Shown: positions 24,716 through 34,190 of the stretch, piece by piece
Position numbering within the stretch: position 1 is the first letter of the stretch
Layout: the number at the start of each line of letters is the position of its first letter
NCBI GenBank assembly: GCA_036351155.1
Contig: JAZBOO010000025.1
Coordinates: forward strand, 1 to 36,054
Reading direction: 5' to 3'
From: Candidatus Krumholzibacteriia bacterium
GTDB lineage: Bacteria > Krumholzibacteriota > Krumholzibacteriia > LZORAL124-64-63
DNA: 36,054 nt
Translations under genes and position numbers: made by a program
The notes under the pieces: generated by a model
What the model saw: the letters and a program-made list of their open reading frames with translations, nothing else
Database searches by the model: none
What the model was told of the DNA's origin: nothing

Positions 24716-26581
24716 CTGGACCTGCATTTTTCCCACAACCCAGCCCTGATCGTGGGGCTGGCCCTGGCGGTCGGTGTCATTGCCCAGGTGGTGGCGCGGC
24801 ATCTGCGGGTGCCGGGCATCGTGGTTCTTCTTCTGGCTGGTGTGATGCTGGGGCCAGACGTGGCCGGGGTGCTTAACCCGAAGGAACTGGGGCACGCTCT
24901 GGATATCCTGGTGGGTTTTGCAGTGGCCGTGATCCTGTTTGACGGGGGCCTGAACCTGAACATCAGGCGCATGCGGGGGCAGGCGCCGGTGATTCAACGA
25001 TTGCTGAGTCTGGGCGTGGTGGTCACCGCCGGTGGGGCGGCCCTGGCTGCGCGTTTTTTTCTGGACTGGAGCTGGCTGCCTTCGGTGCTGTTCGGCACCC
25101 TGGTCATCGTCACCGGTCCCACCGTGGTGACCCCGTTGCTGCGCCGTATCCGGGTCAAGCGCAACATCGAAACCATCCTGGAGAGCGAAGGAGTGCTGAT
25201 CGATGCGGTGGGCGCCGTGGTGGCGGTGGTGGCTCTGGAAATGGCCCTGGGCGATTCGCTGACGGCCGAGGCCCTGGGCGGCCCCGTGCGCCTGCTGGTG
25301 GGGCTGGTGGTGGGGGCGCTGGGTGGGCTGGTCATGGCCCTGTTTCTGCGCTGGTCGCGGGCCATCCCCGAGGGGTTCGAAACCATCTTCACCCTCTCCA
25401 TGGCCCTGGCCATTTACCAGGTGAGCAATGCGCTCATTCCCGAATCGGGTATCATGGCGGCCATTGCCGCCGGTACGGTTGTGGGCAACGCCGGAGCGCG
25501 CAGCTTCCGCGAAATCCGGGAGTTCAAGGAACAGCTGACGGTGCTGCTGATCGGCATGCTGTTCGTGCTGCTGGCAGCCGACGTGCGCGTGGCCGACGTG
25601 CTGGCCCTGGGGAAGCCGGGACTCCTGGTGGTTCTGGCCTTGATGTTCATCGTGCGCCCGTTGAATGTCCTGGTGTGCACGGCGAGATCGGGGCTTGGCT
25701 GGCGGGAAAAGACCTTCCTGTCCTGGGTGGCTCCGCGCGGCATCGTGGCCGCGGCCGTGGCGGCGCTGTTTGCCGAACGGTTGTCTCATCATGGGCAGGA
25801 CATCGGCACCCAGCTGCGGGCCCTGGTGTTTCTGGTCATCACCGCCACGGTGGTGGTGCAGGGGGCCACCGCCGGAATGATGGCTCGCCTGCTCAGGGTG
25901 CAGCGTCCTTCGGGGAAGGGTTTCGCGATTTTTGGCGCCCATCCCTTCGGGAGGCTGCTCGCCCGATTGTTGCAGGAGCGGGGCCACGAGGTGGTCCTCA
26001 TCGACAGCGATGCCAACCTTTGCAAGGAGGCGGAGAACGAGGGCCTCAAGGTGGTCTACGGCAACGCCCTGGATGAGAGTGTATTGCTGCGGTCCCAGAT
26101 GGACACGCGACGGGCCGCCCTGGGGCTGAGCAGCAACGAGGCCATGAACCTGCTGTTCACCCGGGTGGCGCGGGAGGATGCCCACGTGCCCACCGTCTAC
26201 GTCACCGGGGAACGGTCCGGGCCCGAAATCAAGCTGGCCCATTTCCATGCGGCGGGAGCCCGGCTGCTCTTCGGCAACGAGACCGACATCGAGCTTTGGT
26301 CCGTGCGGGTACGCCGCGAAACGGTGGCCCTGGAAACCTGGGTCAGGCAGGACGACCAGTCCGGCGACGAGTCCAGCCTCCCCAACGAGATGCTGTCGAA
26401 ATTGCTGCCCCTGTTCCTGGTGGATCCCAGGAACAAGTGTGCCTTGATCGATGCGGAATCGCGGTTCCCCAAGGGTACCAAGGTGTTGTGGTTGATGCTG
26501 GCCGAGCGCCGGGACGAGGTGGCCGCCTGGTTGCGGCAGTCCGGCTGGGAGCTCGAGGCCGAAGGAGAGCAAAAATCTTGA
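24716..26581 (+). CDS. CPA1 cation:proton antiporter (NhaP-type) with C-terminal TrkA-N/RCK domain
   Basis: ILFDGGL, VTGPTVV, ESEGVLIDAVG and WVAPRGIVAA; RCK region IFGA...VLIDSD...VVYGNALD; start uncertain (CTG 24716, ATC 24710, ATG 24644). Confidence 0.9.
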   Translation: MDLHFSHNPALIVGLALAVGVIAQVVARHLRVPGIVVLLLAGVMLGPDVAGVLNPKELGHALDILVGFAVAVILFDGGLNLNIRRMRGQAPVIQRLLSLGVVVTAGGAALAARFFLDWSWLPSVLFGTLVIVTGPTVVTPLLRRIRVKRNIETILESEGVLIDAVGAVVAVVALEMALGDSLTAEALGGPVRLLVGLVVGALGGLVMALFLRWSRAIPEGFETIFTLSMALAIYQVSNALIPESGIMAAIAAGTVVGNAGARSFREIREFKEQLTVLLIGMLFVLLAADVRVADVLALGKPGLLVVLALMFIVRPLNVLVCTARSGLGWREKTFLSWVAPRGIVAAAVAALFAERLSHHGQDIGTQLRALVFLVITATVVVQGATAGMMARLLRVQRPSGKGFAIFGAHPFGRLLARLLQERGHEVVLIDSDANLCKEAENEGLKVVYGNALDESVLLRSQMDTRRAALGLSSNEAMNLLFTRVAREDAHVPTVYVTGERSGPEIKLAHFHAAGARLLFGNETDIELWSVRVRRETVALETWVRQDDQSGDESSLPNEMLSKLLPLFLVDPRNKCALIDAESRFPKGTKVLWLMLAERRDEVAAWLRQSGWELEAEGEQKS

Positions 26582-26654
26582 ACCTTCACTTACGAGCGGT
26601 GATTTTGTTGAGGACTCATTTCACTTTGTTGACCCTGACCCTAGGGAGCCTTTC

Positions 26655-28727
26655 ATGCGTGCGATATCCTGGATGATTCTCCTGTCTGTTCTGTTGACCG
26701 CGGGCCTGGCCGGGGCGGAAGCCGACGACCCCTATCTCTGGCTGGAAGAAGTGGAGGGGGAAAAGGCCCTGGAATGGGTGAAAGCCCGCAGCGACAAGGA
26801 TGTGGCGGAGATTGAATCCGAACCCATGTTCACGCCCATCCTGACCAAGCTGCAGGAAATCTACAATTCCAGTGACCGCATTCCCTATCCTTCGGTGATG
26901 GGCGACTATGCCTACAACTACTGGCAGGATGCCGAGCATGTGCGCGGCATCTGGCGACGGACCTCGATCGACAGCTACCTCGAGGAAAACCCCGACTGGG
27001 AAATCGTCATCGACCTGGATGCCCTTTCCGAGGCCGAGGGAGAGAACTGGGTTTGGAAGGGCGCCGGCGGCCTGTATCCCGACTACAATCGCTTCCTGGT
27101 CACCCTGTCGCGGGGGGGCGGCGACGCCTCGGTCACCCGTGAGTTCGACGCCGAGAGCAAGACCTTTGTCGAAGGTGGCTTCTTCGTGCCCGAGGCCAAG
27201 GCCAGCGTCAGCTGGAAGGACGAGAACACCGTCTGGATCGGGACCGACTTCGGCGAGGGATCGCTGACCAGTTCCGGCTACCCGCGCCTGGTCAAGGAGT
27301 GGACGCGGGGCACCGACTTGAGCTCGGCGAGCCTGGTGTTCGAGGGCTCGGTGGACGATGTGTCGGTGGGGGCCTTCAGCATTCACACCCCCGAGGGTCG
27401 GTACGACATGGTGTACCAGACTCCGGCCTTCTTCAAGGGGACCTATCATCTGTACCGTGACGGCAAGCTGATCAAGCTGGATATTCCCGAGGACGCCTCA
27501 CCCCAGGGTGTGTTCAAGGGTCAGATGATGGTCTCGCTGCGCACGGACTGGGAAGTGGGCGGCAAGACCTACCCTGCCGATGCTCTGTTGACCATCGACC
27601 TGGAGAAGTTCCTGGCCGGCCAGCGCGATTTCACCACGCTGTTCACACCCGAAGCCCGGGTGGCCCTTGGTGGGGTGGCCACCACGCAGAATTATCTGCT
27701 GGTGACCACGCTGGACAACGTGAAGGGCCGTCTGTACCGCCACGAAATGGTCAAGGGTGAGTGGACCCGCCATGAAGTGGACATGCCCGGTCTGGGCACC
27801 GTGGGCATGACGGGCATGAGCGACACCAACGACATGTTCTTCGTCACCTACACCGACTTCCTGACGCCTTCGAGCCTGTACCTGGTGCGCGATGGAAAAA
27901 CCCTGGAGCTGGCCAAGAGCTCGCCCGAGTACTTCGACACCACCGGCATGAAGGTGGACCAGTACGAAGCCGTGTCGAAGGACGGGACCCGGATTCCCTA
28001 CTTCATTGTCATGCCCAAGGGCTACCAGGCGGACGGGAAGAACCCCACCATGCTGTATGGCTATGGCGGGTTCGAGGTCTCGATGAAGCCCAGTTACTCG
28101 GCCACCACCGGCACCAGCTGGGTGGGTCGTGGGGGCGTGTACGTGCTGGCCAATATCCGTGGTGGCGGCGAGTTCGGCCCCACCTGGCACACGGCCGCCG
28201 TGCAGGAGAAGCACCAGACCAACTTCGATGATTTCATTGCGGTGGCCGAGGATCTGATCGCCCGCAAGGTGACCTCGCCGCGCCATCTTGGGATCGTGGG
28301 AGGGTCGCAGGGCGGCCTGCTGGTGGGCGGTACCTTCGTGCAGCGTCCCGAGCTGTTCAACGCCGTCGTCTGCCAGGTGCCCTTGCTGGACATGAAGCGG
28401 TACAACAAGCTGCTGGCCGGGGCCAGCTGGATGTCAGAGTACGGCAACCCCGACACCGAGGACTGGGAATACATGAAGGAGTGGTCTCCGTACCAGAACC
28501 TGGACGCGGAAAAGGACTACCCCAAGGTGCTGTTCACCACCTCGACGCGCGATGATCGGGTGCATCCCGGCCACGCCCGCAAGATGGTGGCGAAGATGAC
28601 CGACATGGGCAAGCCGGTCTACTACTTCGAGAACACCGAGGGAGGCCACAGCGCGGCGGCCAACCTGAATCAGCGTGCGCACATGTGGGCTTTGACCTAC
28701 GCCTATCTGTGGAAGATGCTGAAGTAG
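26655..28727 (+). CDS. Prolyl oligopeptidase (S9A), exported
   Basis: DPYLWLE, YGYGGF, NIRGGGEFG, GGSQGG (Ser), DDRV (Asp), GGH (His); signal peptide. Confidence 0.95.
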   Translation: MRAISWMILLSVLLTAGLAGAEADDPYLWLEEVEGEKALEWVKARSDKDVAEIESEPMFTPILTKLQEIYNSSDRIPYPSVMGDYAYNYWQDAEHVRGIWRRTSIDSYLEENPDWEIVIDLDALSEAEGENWVWKGAGGLYPDYNRFLVTLSRGGGDASVTREFDAESKTFVEGGFFVPEAKASVSWKDENTVWIGTDFGEGSLTSSGYPRLVKEWTRGTDLSSASLVFEGSVDDVSVGAFSIHTPEGRYDMVYQTPAFFKGTYHLYRDGKLIKLDIPEDASPQGVFKGQMMVSLRTDWEVGGKTYPADALLTIDLEKFLAGQRDFTTLFTPEARVALGGVATTQNYLLVTTLDNVKGRLYRHEMVKGEWTRHEVDMPGLGTVGMTGMSDTNDMFFVTYTDFLTPSSLYLVRDGKTLELAKSSPEYFDTTGMKVDQYEAVSKDGTRIPYFIVMPKGYQADGKNPTMLYGYGGFEVSMKPSYSATTGTSWVGRGGVYVLANIRGGGEFGPTWHTAAVQEKHQTNFDDFIAVAEDLIARKVTSPRHLGIVGGSQGGLLVGGTFVQRPELFNAVVCQVPLLDMKRYNKLLAGASWMSEYGNPDTEDWEYMKEWSPYQNLDAEKDYPKVLFTTSTRDDRVHPGHARKMVAKMTDMGKPVYYFENTEGGHSAAANLNQRAHMWALTYAYLWKMLK

Positions 28728-28746
28728 AAGCACGCGTTTTCGGATG

Positions 28747-28789
28747 AAAAAAAGCGCCGGTCCCGGGTGGTCCGGCGCTCTTTTTTTTT
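28747..28789. terminator. Bidirectional intrinsic terminator
   Basis: A7-gcgccgg...ccggcgc-tc-T9 between convergent genes. Confidence 0.88.
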
Positions 28790-28801
28790 CTGAGACCAGC
28801 C

Positions 28802-29524
28802 CTACTTCCCGAACACCTGTCGCAGCAGGGCGGTGGTCCGGGCGGCGGGATCCTGCCGGATGGCTTGCTCTTCCTGGGCCAGCACGGTGAACAGTCCGGA
28901 CAGGGCGCGGTCGGTCACGTAGGCGTCGAGGTCCACCAGGTCGGGCTTGCCGGTCAGGGGCAGGCTTTCGTAGGCGTCGGTCAGCTGGCCGTACATGCGG
29001 CCCAGCCCCACCGAGGCGGTTTCCTGGCTCACGATGGGCGCAAACTTTTCGCGCAGCTGAGCCTCGGTGCGGCCGCGAAAGTACTCGGTGGCGGCGGTGT
29101 CGTGACCGTTGAAGATGGCCATGGCATCGGTGATGGTCAGCGAGGTCACGGCTTCCCAGAATATTCCACGCGCTTCACCCGAGGCCTGCTCGGCGGCCCG
29201 GTTCATGGACACTTCCAGCTCATCCACATACGAGCCCAGCCCCACCGATCGCAGGGTGGACGAGGCCTTGTCCAGCTGCTCGGGCATGGCGATGCGAATC
29301 AAGGCGTTGCCCAGAAATCCATCCACCGTTGAAGTGCTGGCCGCGGCGTTGTCCGTGCCCACCCGCAGAGCTTCTTTCAGGCCGGCCAGGACGGTGGATT
29401 CGTCCAGGGGACCGCCGGCGGTGCCCCCGAGAATGGAATTCAGGTCGGCGTTCTGGAGGGAAGCGCAGCCCGAGGTCAGCAGGGTTCCGAGGACCAGGGC
29501 GGTGGCGAGGGCAGCTCTGTTCAT
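28802..29524 (-). CDS. DUF4197 family lipoprotein
   Basis: Lipobox TSGC; GLKEALRVG, MNRAAEQA, ATEYF and EEQAIRQDPAARTT motifs. Confidence 0.92.
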   Translation of the reverse strand: MNRAALATALVLGTLLTSGCASLQNADLNSILGGTAGGPLDESTVLAGLKEALRVGTDNAAASTSTVDGFLGNALIRIAMPEQLDKASSTLRSVGLGSYVDELEVSMNRAAEQASGEARGIFWEAVTSLTITDAMAIFNGHDTAATEYFRGRTEAQLREKFAPIVSQETASVGLGRMYGQLTDAYESLPLTGKPDLVDLDAYVTDRALSGLFTVLAQEEQAIRQDPAARTTALLRQVFGK

Positions 29525-29615
29525 GGGCAAGGCACCTTCCGGTGTGGAGTGTCAGGTTTGTTGCCTGCCAGAATAAGTCCAAAGGCGGAGGACGTCTCGG
29601 AATATCCTCGGGGTA

Positions 29616-29662
29616 TTGACAGGGTGCTACAAATGTCGCATATTGATGGCGACAAATGTCTC
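29616..29662 (+). promoter_or_regulatory. Sigma70 promoter with two BlaI/MecI/CopY-type operators
   Basis: TTGACA-N17-CATATT; palindromes TGCTACAAATGTCGCA (29625-29640) and GCGACAAATGTCTC (29649-29662) resemble TACA-NN-TGTA. Confidence 0.75.
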
Positions 29663-29687
29663 ACTTTATTCCGTCACCAAGGAGATC

Positions 29688-30071
29688 ATGGTGTCTCAGC
29701 CTTTACCTGACCTCTCCCGCTTTGAACTCCAGTGCCTTTCCAAGCTGTGGGAACGCGGCCAGGCCTCGGTGCGCGACGTGCACGGGGACCTGCAGGATCC
29801 GCCCTCGTATTCCACCGTCCGCAAGATCTTCGAGCGCCTGGAAGAAAAAGGCGCCGTCGAGCGGGTGGGACAGGAAGGCAAGGCCCTGGTGTTCCGTTCC
29901 CTGGTGCCCGCCGGCGCCATGATCCAGAAGGAAATCCAGCGGTTTCTGGACACCATGTTCAGCGGTGCGGCCACGCCTCTGGTGTCGCATCTGGCCCAGA
30001 TGGAAGCCGTGTCCCTGGAAGACCTGAAGGCCCTGGAAAAACTGCTGGGGACAAAGGAGCAGGATTCATGA
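29688..30071 (+). CDS. BlaI/MecI/CopY family transcriptional repressor
   Basis: LSRFELQCLSKLW, SYSTVRKIFERLEEKG and FSGAATPLVSHL; AAGGAG RBS. Confidence 0.93.
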   Translation: MVSQPLPDLSRFELQCLSKLWERGQASVRDVHGDLQDPPSYSTVRKIFERLEEKGAVERVGQEGKALVFRSLVPAGAMIQKEIQRFLDTMFSGAATPLVSHLAQMEAVSLEDLKALEKLLGTKEQDS

Positions 30072-31474
30072 GCGGCTGGGAGTCTACCCTGGGTTCTTTC
30101 TGGTCCGGCCTGCTGGTGCATCTCTGGCAAACCAGCCTGGTTCTGCTCCCTTTGTTGCTGCTGCGCCCGCTGCTGAGCCGGCTGTCTGCTCGCGGGGCAG
30201 AGATGATCTGGTCGCTGGCGCTTCTCAAATTGCTGGTGCCGGCGGTCTGGTGGGCGCAGCTCCTGGAATCCTGGAATCATCAGGCAGCCCGTCTGGTGTC
30301 GCCCGAACGTCTGGTCCAGGGGATGACCCTGCTGGACCGGGTGGAGCCCGCCTGGACCGCCCCGGTGGCACTGTTGCGGGAAGCCGATGTTTCCGGCGGG
30401 GGGCCGGCCCTGGTCCTCTTGCTCCTGACTGCCGTGTGGTGGGCGGGCCTGCTGTGGAACCTGAAGGCTACCCGGAAGCAGATGAGCCAGGCGGCACAGC
30501 TGGGCCGGGTGGCCCGGGCCGATCTGACCCCGACCCTGCAAACGGCACTGCGCCGGAGCCTGGCTCGCAGCGGTGTGGCGGATAACATGGTGCGTGTGAC
30601 CGACATGGTGACCATGCCCCAGGTGGTCGGCTTCGTGAGGCCCAGGGTTCTGTTGCCGGTTTCCCTGGTGTCTGGACTGGCCACCGAAGAGCTGGCGGCC
30701 ATCCTCATGCATGAAGATGGTCACCGTCGCCGTCGCGATCCCCTGCGCACCCTGGTGCATCAGGTGATTCACGCTCTGTACTGGTTCTATCCCCTGGCGC
30801 TGCCCGTGCTGAAACAGTTGCAAGAGAATGCCGAGTTCGCAGCTGACGAGAGAGCCCTGAGGGGTCTTGGCAACCCCACCCGCTATGCGCGCGCCGTGGC
30901 CGGCACCGTGATGATGGGTCTGTCCCCGCAGGGTATGGCTTCGGCCATGGCCGGGGGTGGGCCATCCTTGCTTCGCCGACGTCTGGAACGACTGGATCTG
31001 AAAGAAAGGAAGACAACCATGTGGAAATCCCGAGTGGCGATGCTGACGGCCCTGGTCCTGTTGCTGGTGGGTATCATCTTGCCGGTGGCGGTGTCCGGCC
31101 AGGCCCCACCTCCTCCGCCACCGCCGCCGCCCAAGGAACCGGCGCCTCAGCAAGTTGCCGAAACTCCACCCCCGCCACCTCCTGGGCCCGTGGTGGAACC
31201 CCGTGATCTGGATGAAGACCCGGTGTTGCTCGAAATGGTCAAGCCCGAGTATTCCGAGCTGGCCGTCGAGCGGCTCATCAAAGGCACCGTTTTTGTGCAG
31301 GTGAAGGTGGACAAGGAGGGGCTGGTGACCAAGGCCTGGGTGCTGGAAGGACCTGAAGAACTGCGCAATGCCGCCCTTGAAGCCGCCCGCGGGGCGAAGT
31401 TTCGACCGGGAATGAAGGACGGAAAGCCCGTCCCTTGCAAGGTGGTCCTTCCCTTCAGTTTCACGGTGGAGTAA
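30068..31474 (+). CDS. M56 family (BlaR1-like) metallopeptidase fused to Pro-rich linker and TonB C-terminal domain
   Basis: HEDGH, RRRD, WFYPL and EFAADE; PPPP linker; PEYSELA...GTVFVQVKVDKEG...KFRPG..DGKPV; ATGA overlap with blaI-like gene. Confidence 0.92.
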   Translation: MSGWESTLGSFWSGLLVHLWQTSLVLLPLLLLRPLLSRLSARGAEMIWSLALLKLLVPAVWWAQLLESWNHQAARLVSPERLVQGMTLLDRVEPAWTAPVALLREADVSGGGPALVLLLLTAVWWAGLLWNLKATRKQMSQAAQLGRVARADLTPTLQTALRRSLARSGVADNMVRVTDMVTMPQVVGFVRPRVLLPVSLVSGLATEELAAILMHEDGHRRRRDPLRTLVHQVIHALYWFYPLALPVLKQLQENAEFAADERALRGLGNPTRYARAVAGTVMMGLSPQGMASAMAGGGPSLLRRRLERLDLKERKTTMWKSRVAMLTALVLLLVGIILPVAVSGQAPPPPPPPPPKEPAPQQVAETPPPPPPGPVVEPRDLDEDPVLLEMVKPEYSELAVERLIKGTVFVQVKVDKEGLVTKAWVLEGPEELRNAALEAARGAKFRPGMKDGKPVPCKVVLPFSFTVE

Positions 31475-31542
31475 GGATTTGATGCGGCCGGCGGTGCGTG
31501 TTCTTATGTTGTCTCCTGTCTTCAAAAACAGGAGGGAACGCC

Positions 31543-32625
31543 ATGAACAGGGTCTCCTCGAAACTCCACCGCCGGCCCCCATTCGGGTTGTTGGCCATCC
31601 CCATCATTTCACTACTCTTGATCAGCAGTTGCGGCGGAGACGACGATCCGTCCCGCCCAGGTCCGCAGGGTTCCTTGCCCCTGGAGCAACATGACGGGGG
31701 TTTCTTCTCCATCGACAAACCTTCAGGCTGGCAGGTCCTGACCGCGGGGTCCTGCACCACCTTCGCGTTCCTGCTGCGCAATCCCGCCGATCCCCTGCAA
31801 CAGATTTTCTACTTCGGCACGGTGGGACCTGTTTACACCTGCCAGGAACAGAAGGACCTGGATGCCTGGTATGTGGAACAGGGCGGCTTTCCTCACACCT
31901 GGATGGATGCGCCGGTGGTCGATCCCCTGACCCCCGAGAACTTCCTGGCCCACTGGCCGGACATCGCGGGCATGGAGGCGGCATCGAGCTTCATGCCGGC
32001 GTTTCCTCACCTGGAGGATCTGGGTCTGGTGTGCTGTGTCGGCCAACCGGCCATGCTGCCTGGGGCGGCCTCGGGTCACGCACGGGGACTTTTTGGTCAG
32101 AGCGGCAAGGTCGGCGAAGGGATGTTTCTGGCCACGGTGAAGGAGCTCTTTCCCTACACGGCCAACCCCGGCGGCGGCACGGCCTATGGGCATTTCATCT
32201 GCGGGGTCACGGCGGAAAAAGGTGATTTCCAGGATCTGGCCGAGGGCCTGGTGGCCTCGTTGAACACCTTCCAGGTGTCGTCGTCCTACGTGGAGGATTG
32301 TCAGCAGCAGTCCCAGGAAATCTGGGGTGCGGTGGCCGCGGCAGGTCAAACCCTGAGCGAAGCCTCGGACATCATCTGGGAGGGGTGGACCGACAGGACC
32401 CAGACCCAGGACATCATGGCCGAGCAATGGTCCGATGCCTACCGGGAGGTGGAGCGGGTGTACGACCCGGACACGGGCACGGTTTACGAGGTTCCCGCAG
32501 GCTGGTACGAGGCCTACGATCTGGACCGCGACGCCTACGACATGAGCGGCCTGCAGCCCATGCCGGATGACAGCTGGGAAATCTGGATGCAAGGGGTGCT
32601 GGACGGGCTGAGCCAGATCCATTGA
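31543..32625 (+). CDS. Hypothetical lipoprotein
   Basis: AGGAGGG RBS; lipobox-like LISSC followed by GGDDDP; acidic C-terminus (VYDPDTGTVYEV). Confidence 0.75.
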   Translation: MNRVSSKLHRRPPFGLLAIPIISLLLISSCGGDDDPSRPGPQGSLPLEQHDGGFFSIDKPSGWQVLTAGSCTTFAFLLRNPADPLQQIFYFGTVGPVYTCQEQKDLDAWYVEQGGFPHTWMDAPVVDPLTPENFLAHWPDIAGMEAASSFMPAFPHLEDLGLVCCVGQPAMLPGAASGHARGLFGQSGKVGEGMFLATVKELFPYTANPGGGTAYGHFICGVTAEKGDFQDLAEGLVASLNTFQVSSSYVEDCQQQSQEIWGAVAAAGQTLSEASDIIWEGWTDRTQTQDIMAEQWSDAYREVERVYDPDTGTVYEVPAGWYEAYDLDRDAYDMSGLQPMPDDSWEIWMQGVLDGLSQIH

Positions 32626-32627
32626 CA

Positions 32628-32655
32628 AAGGCCCGGACTGCGAGGTCCGGGCCTT
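32628..32655. terminator. Bidirectional terminator hairpin
   Basis: aaggcccggac-tgcgag-gtccgggcctt between convergent genes. Confidence 0.8.
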
Positions 32656-32679
32656 CTCTATCGATCAAACAGTGTCGGA

Positions 32680-34041
32680 TCAGCTACCGAGGCTCAAGCT
32701 CACCCTGATCACCTGACTGGTGGCCGGGTAATTGTAACCATCGTTGACCATCCGGACTGTGTTATCGGCGTCGCTGGCTCCCGTGTTGGCGCCCGTCTGC
32801 CGCGGGGCCTGGTCGGGACCCACGGCCGGCCACTGGTTCATTTCGGTGCCGGCATCCCAGAGGGCCATCTGGCCCGTGACATCGCCGATGACGGCGCTGC
32901 CCATGGCATCGAACAGTTCCAGCCCGGCGGCATCGAAGGCGTAGAACAGATCGTTGGACTGGACGAACATGGTGGCCAGCGAGAGGCGGTCACCAGGCTC
33001 GGCGGTGAAGGTGATCTGGTAACTCTCACCAGGGAAGATGGGGGCCGCCGCCATGCCGCCCACGGGAGTGTTGAACACGGCCACACTGGCAATACCGGCC
33101 CCACCGGTCAGAGAACTGACCAGCCCGGACGGATCGCCATCTTCGGCCAGCGCCTCCAGGCCCAGGCCGCCATTGGCGGCACCCGCGGTGAACAGGCTCA
33201 CCTGATCGGAATGAACCACGGCCACGCCGGGAGCCAGGGGCACGGCCAGGCCCGTGTGGGCCTCCAGCGCAGCGAAAAGGACGCTGGGATCGCCGTCCTC
33301 GGCAAGACCTTCGAGGCCCAGCATATCGGCCATGCCCGCGGTGAACAGAGGGTCATTGTTGGTGTGGATGACGAAAACACCAGGGGCCAAGGGGACGGCC
33401 ACGCTGCCGCCGCTGGTCATCAGCGTGCCGGCGTCCGACACGTTTTCAATGCGGGTCCGGAACAGATGGTCGCCCAGATGGGTGATGGTCACGGCAATCA
33501 CGTCACTGGCGGCGGGATAGGTGAATCCGTCATTGACCATGCGCACCGTGGTGTCGGTGTCGACGGCTCCGGTGTTGGCTCCGCTTTGCCGGGGCGCCTG
33601 GTTGGTCCCCACGCCGGGCTCTTCGTTCAACTCGGTGCCGCTGTCCCACAGGTGAATCTGGTCGGTGACATCACCATTGACGGGGGTCATGCCGTTGAAC
33701 AGGGCGATCCCGGTTCCCATCGGGGCGTAAAACAGGTCGTTGGATTGCACGAACATGGTGGCGAAGCTCAGCTTGTCGCCCGGGTTGGCCCCGAAGATGA
33801 ACTCGTAGGCTTCGCCCGGAAAGATGGGGGCCGGCCCCGAAGCATCGACCGGGGTGTTGAACACACCGCTGGTGGCGTAGTCGGCGGGGGCCGAAACGTT
33901 GGCGATGGTCAAGGTGAAGGTCTCGCTGGTGTTGCCGGGGGTGGCAGGGTCGTCGTCGCTGCAACCGGCCAGGAGGGTCAGCGCTCCCAGAGCGATCATG
34001 GCGAAAATGAGGGTCTTGTTTGCAATGGTCTTGTTTGACAT
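32680..34041 (-). CDS. Spondin_N domain lipoprotein (two tandem domains)
   Basis: Lipobox LLAGC; duplicated LSxATMFVQSNDLFYA, LWDxGTE and LAEDGDPS motifs; AGAAAGG upstream of ATG 34041. Confidence 0.88.
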   Translation of the reverse strand: MSNKTIANKTLIFAMIALGALTLLAGCSDDDPATPGNTSETFTLTIANVSAPADYATSGVFNTPVDASGPAPIFPGEAYEFIFGANPGDKLSFATMFVQSNDLFYAPMGTGIALFNGMTPVNGDVTDQIHLWDSGTELNEEPGVGTNQAPRQSGANTGAVDTDTTVRMVNDGFTYPAASDVIAVTITHLGDHLFRTRIENVSDAGTLMTSGGSVAVPLAPGVFVIHTNNDPLFTAGMADMLGLEGLAEDGDPSVLFAALEAHTGLAVPLAPGVAVVHSDQVSLFTAGAANGGLGLEALAEDGDPSGLVSSLTGGAGIASVAVFNTPVGGMAAAPIFPGESYQITFTAEPGDRLSLATMFVQSNDLFYAFDAAGLELFDAMGSAVIGDVTGQMALWDAGTEMNQWPAVGPDQAPRQTGANTGASDADNTVRMVNDGYNYPATSQVIRVSLSLGS

Positions 34042-34101
34042 GGTCTTGCCTTTCTGTATATGGTGCCAACCGAGCACTCTCGGTGCATTGTCTTCATGGG
34101 T

Positions 34102-34128
34102 ATTACGAAGCAGGTGACGGCCTGTGAC
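34102..34128 (-). promoter_or_regulatory. Putative ECF promoter of spondin gene
   Basis: Minus strand GTCACAG-N13-TCGTAAT. Confidence 0.55.
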
Positions 34129-34161
34129 TGAAAGAAGACAATTATTCTCAAAATTAATTCT

Positions 34162-34189
34162 GACACAGACTTCCCGGGTGAATCGTACT
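34162..34189 (+). promoter_or_regulatory. Putative autoregulatory ECF promoter (leaderless)
   Basis: GACACAG-N14-TCGTACT immediately before ATG 34191; no SD. Confidence 0.55.
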
Positions 34190-34190
34190 T

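Noticed and set aside
29732..30067. N-terminal extension of the M56 ORF
   Set aside because: Overlaps the blaI-like gene in another frame; ATG 30068 with ATGA coupling is the plausible start
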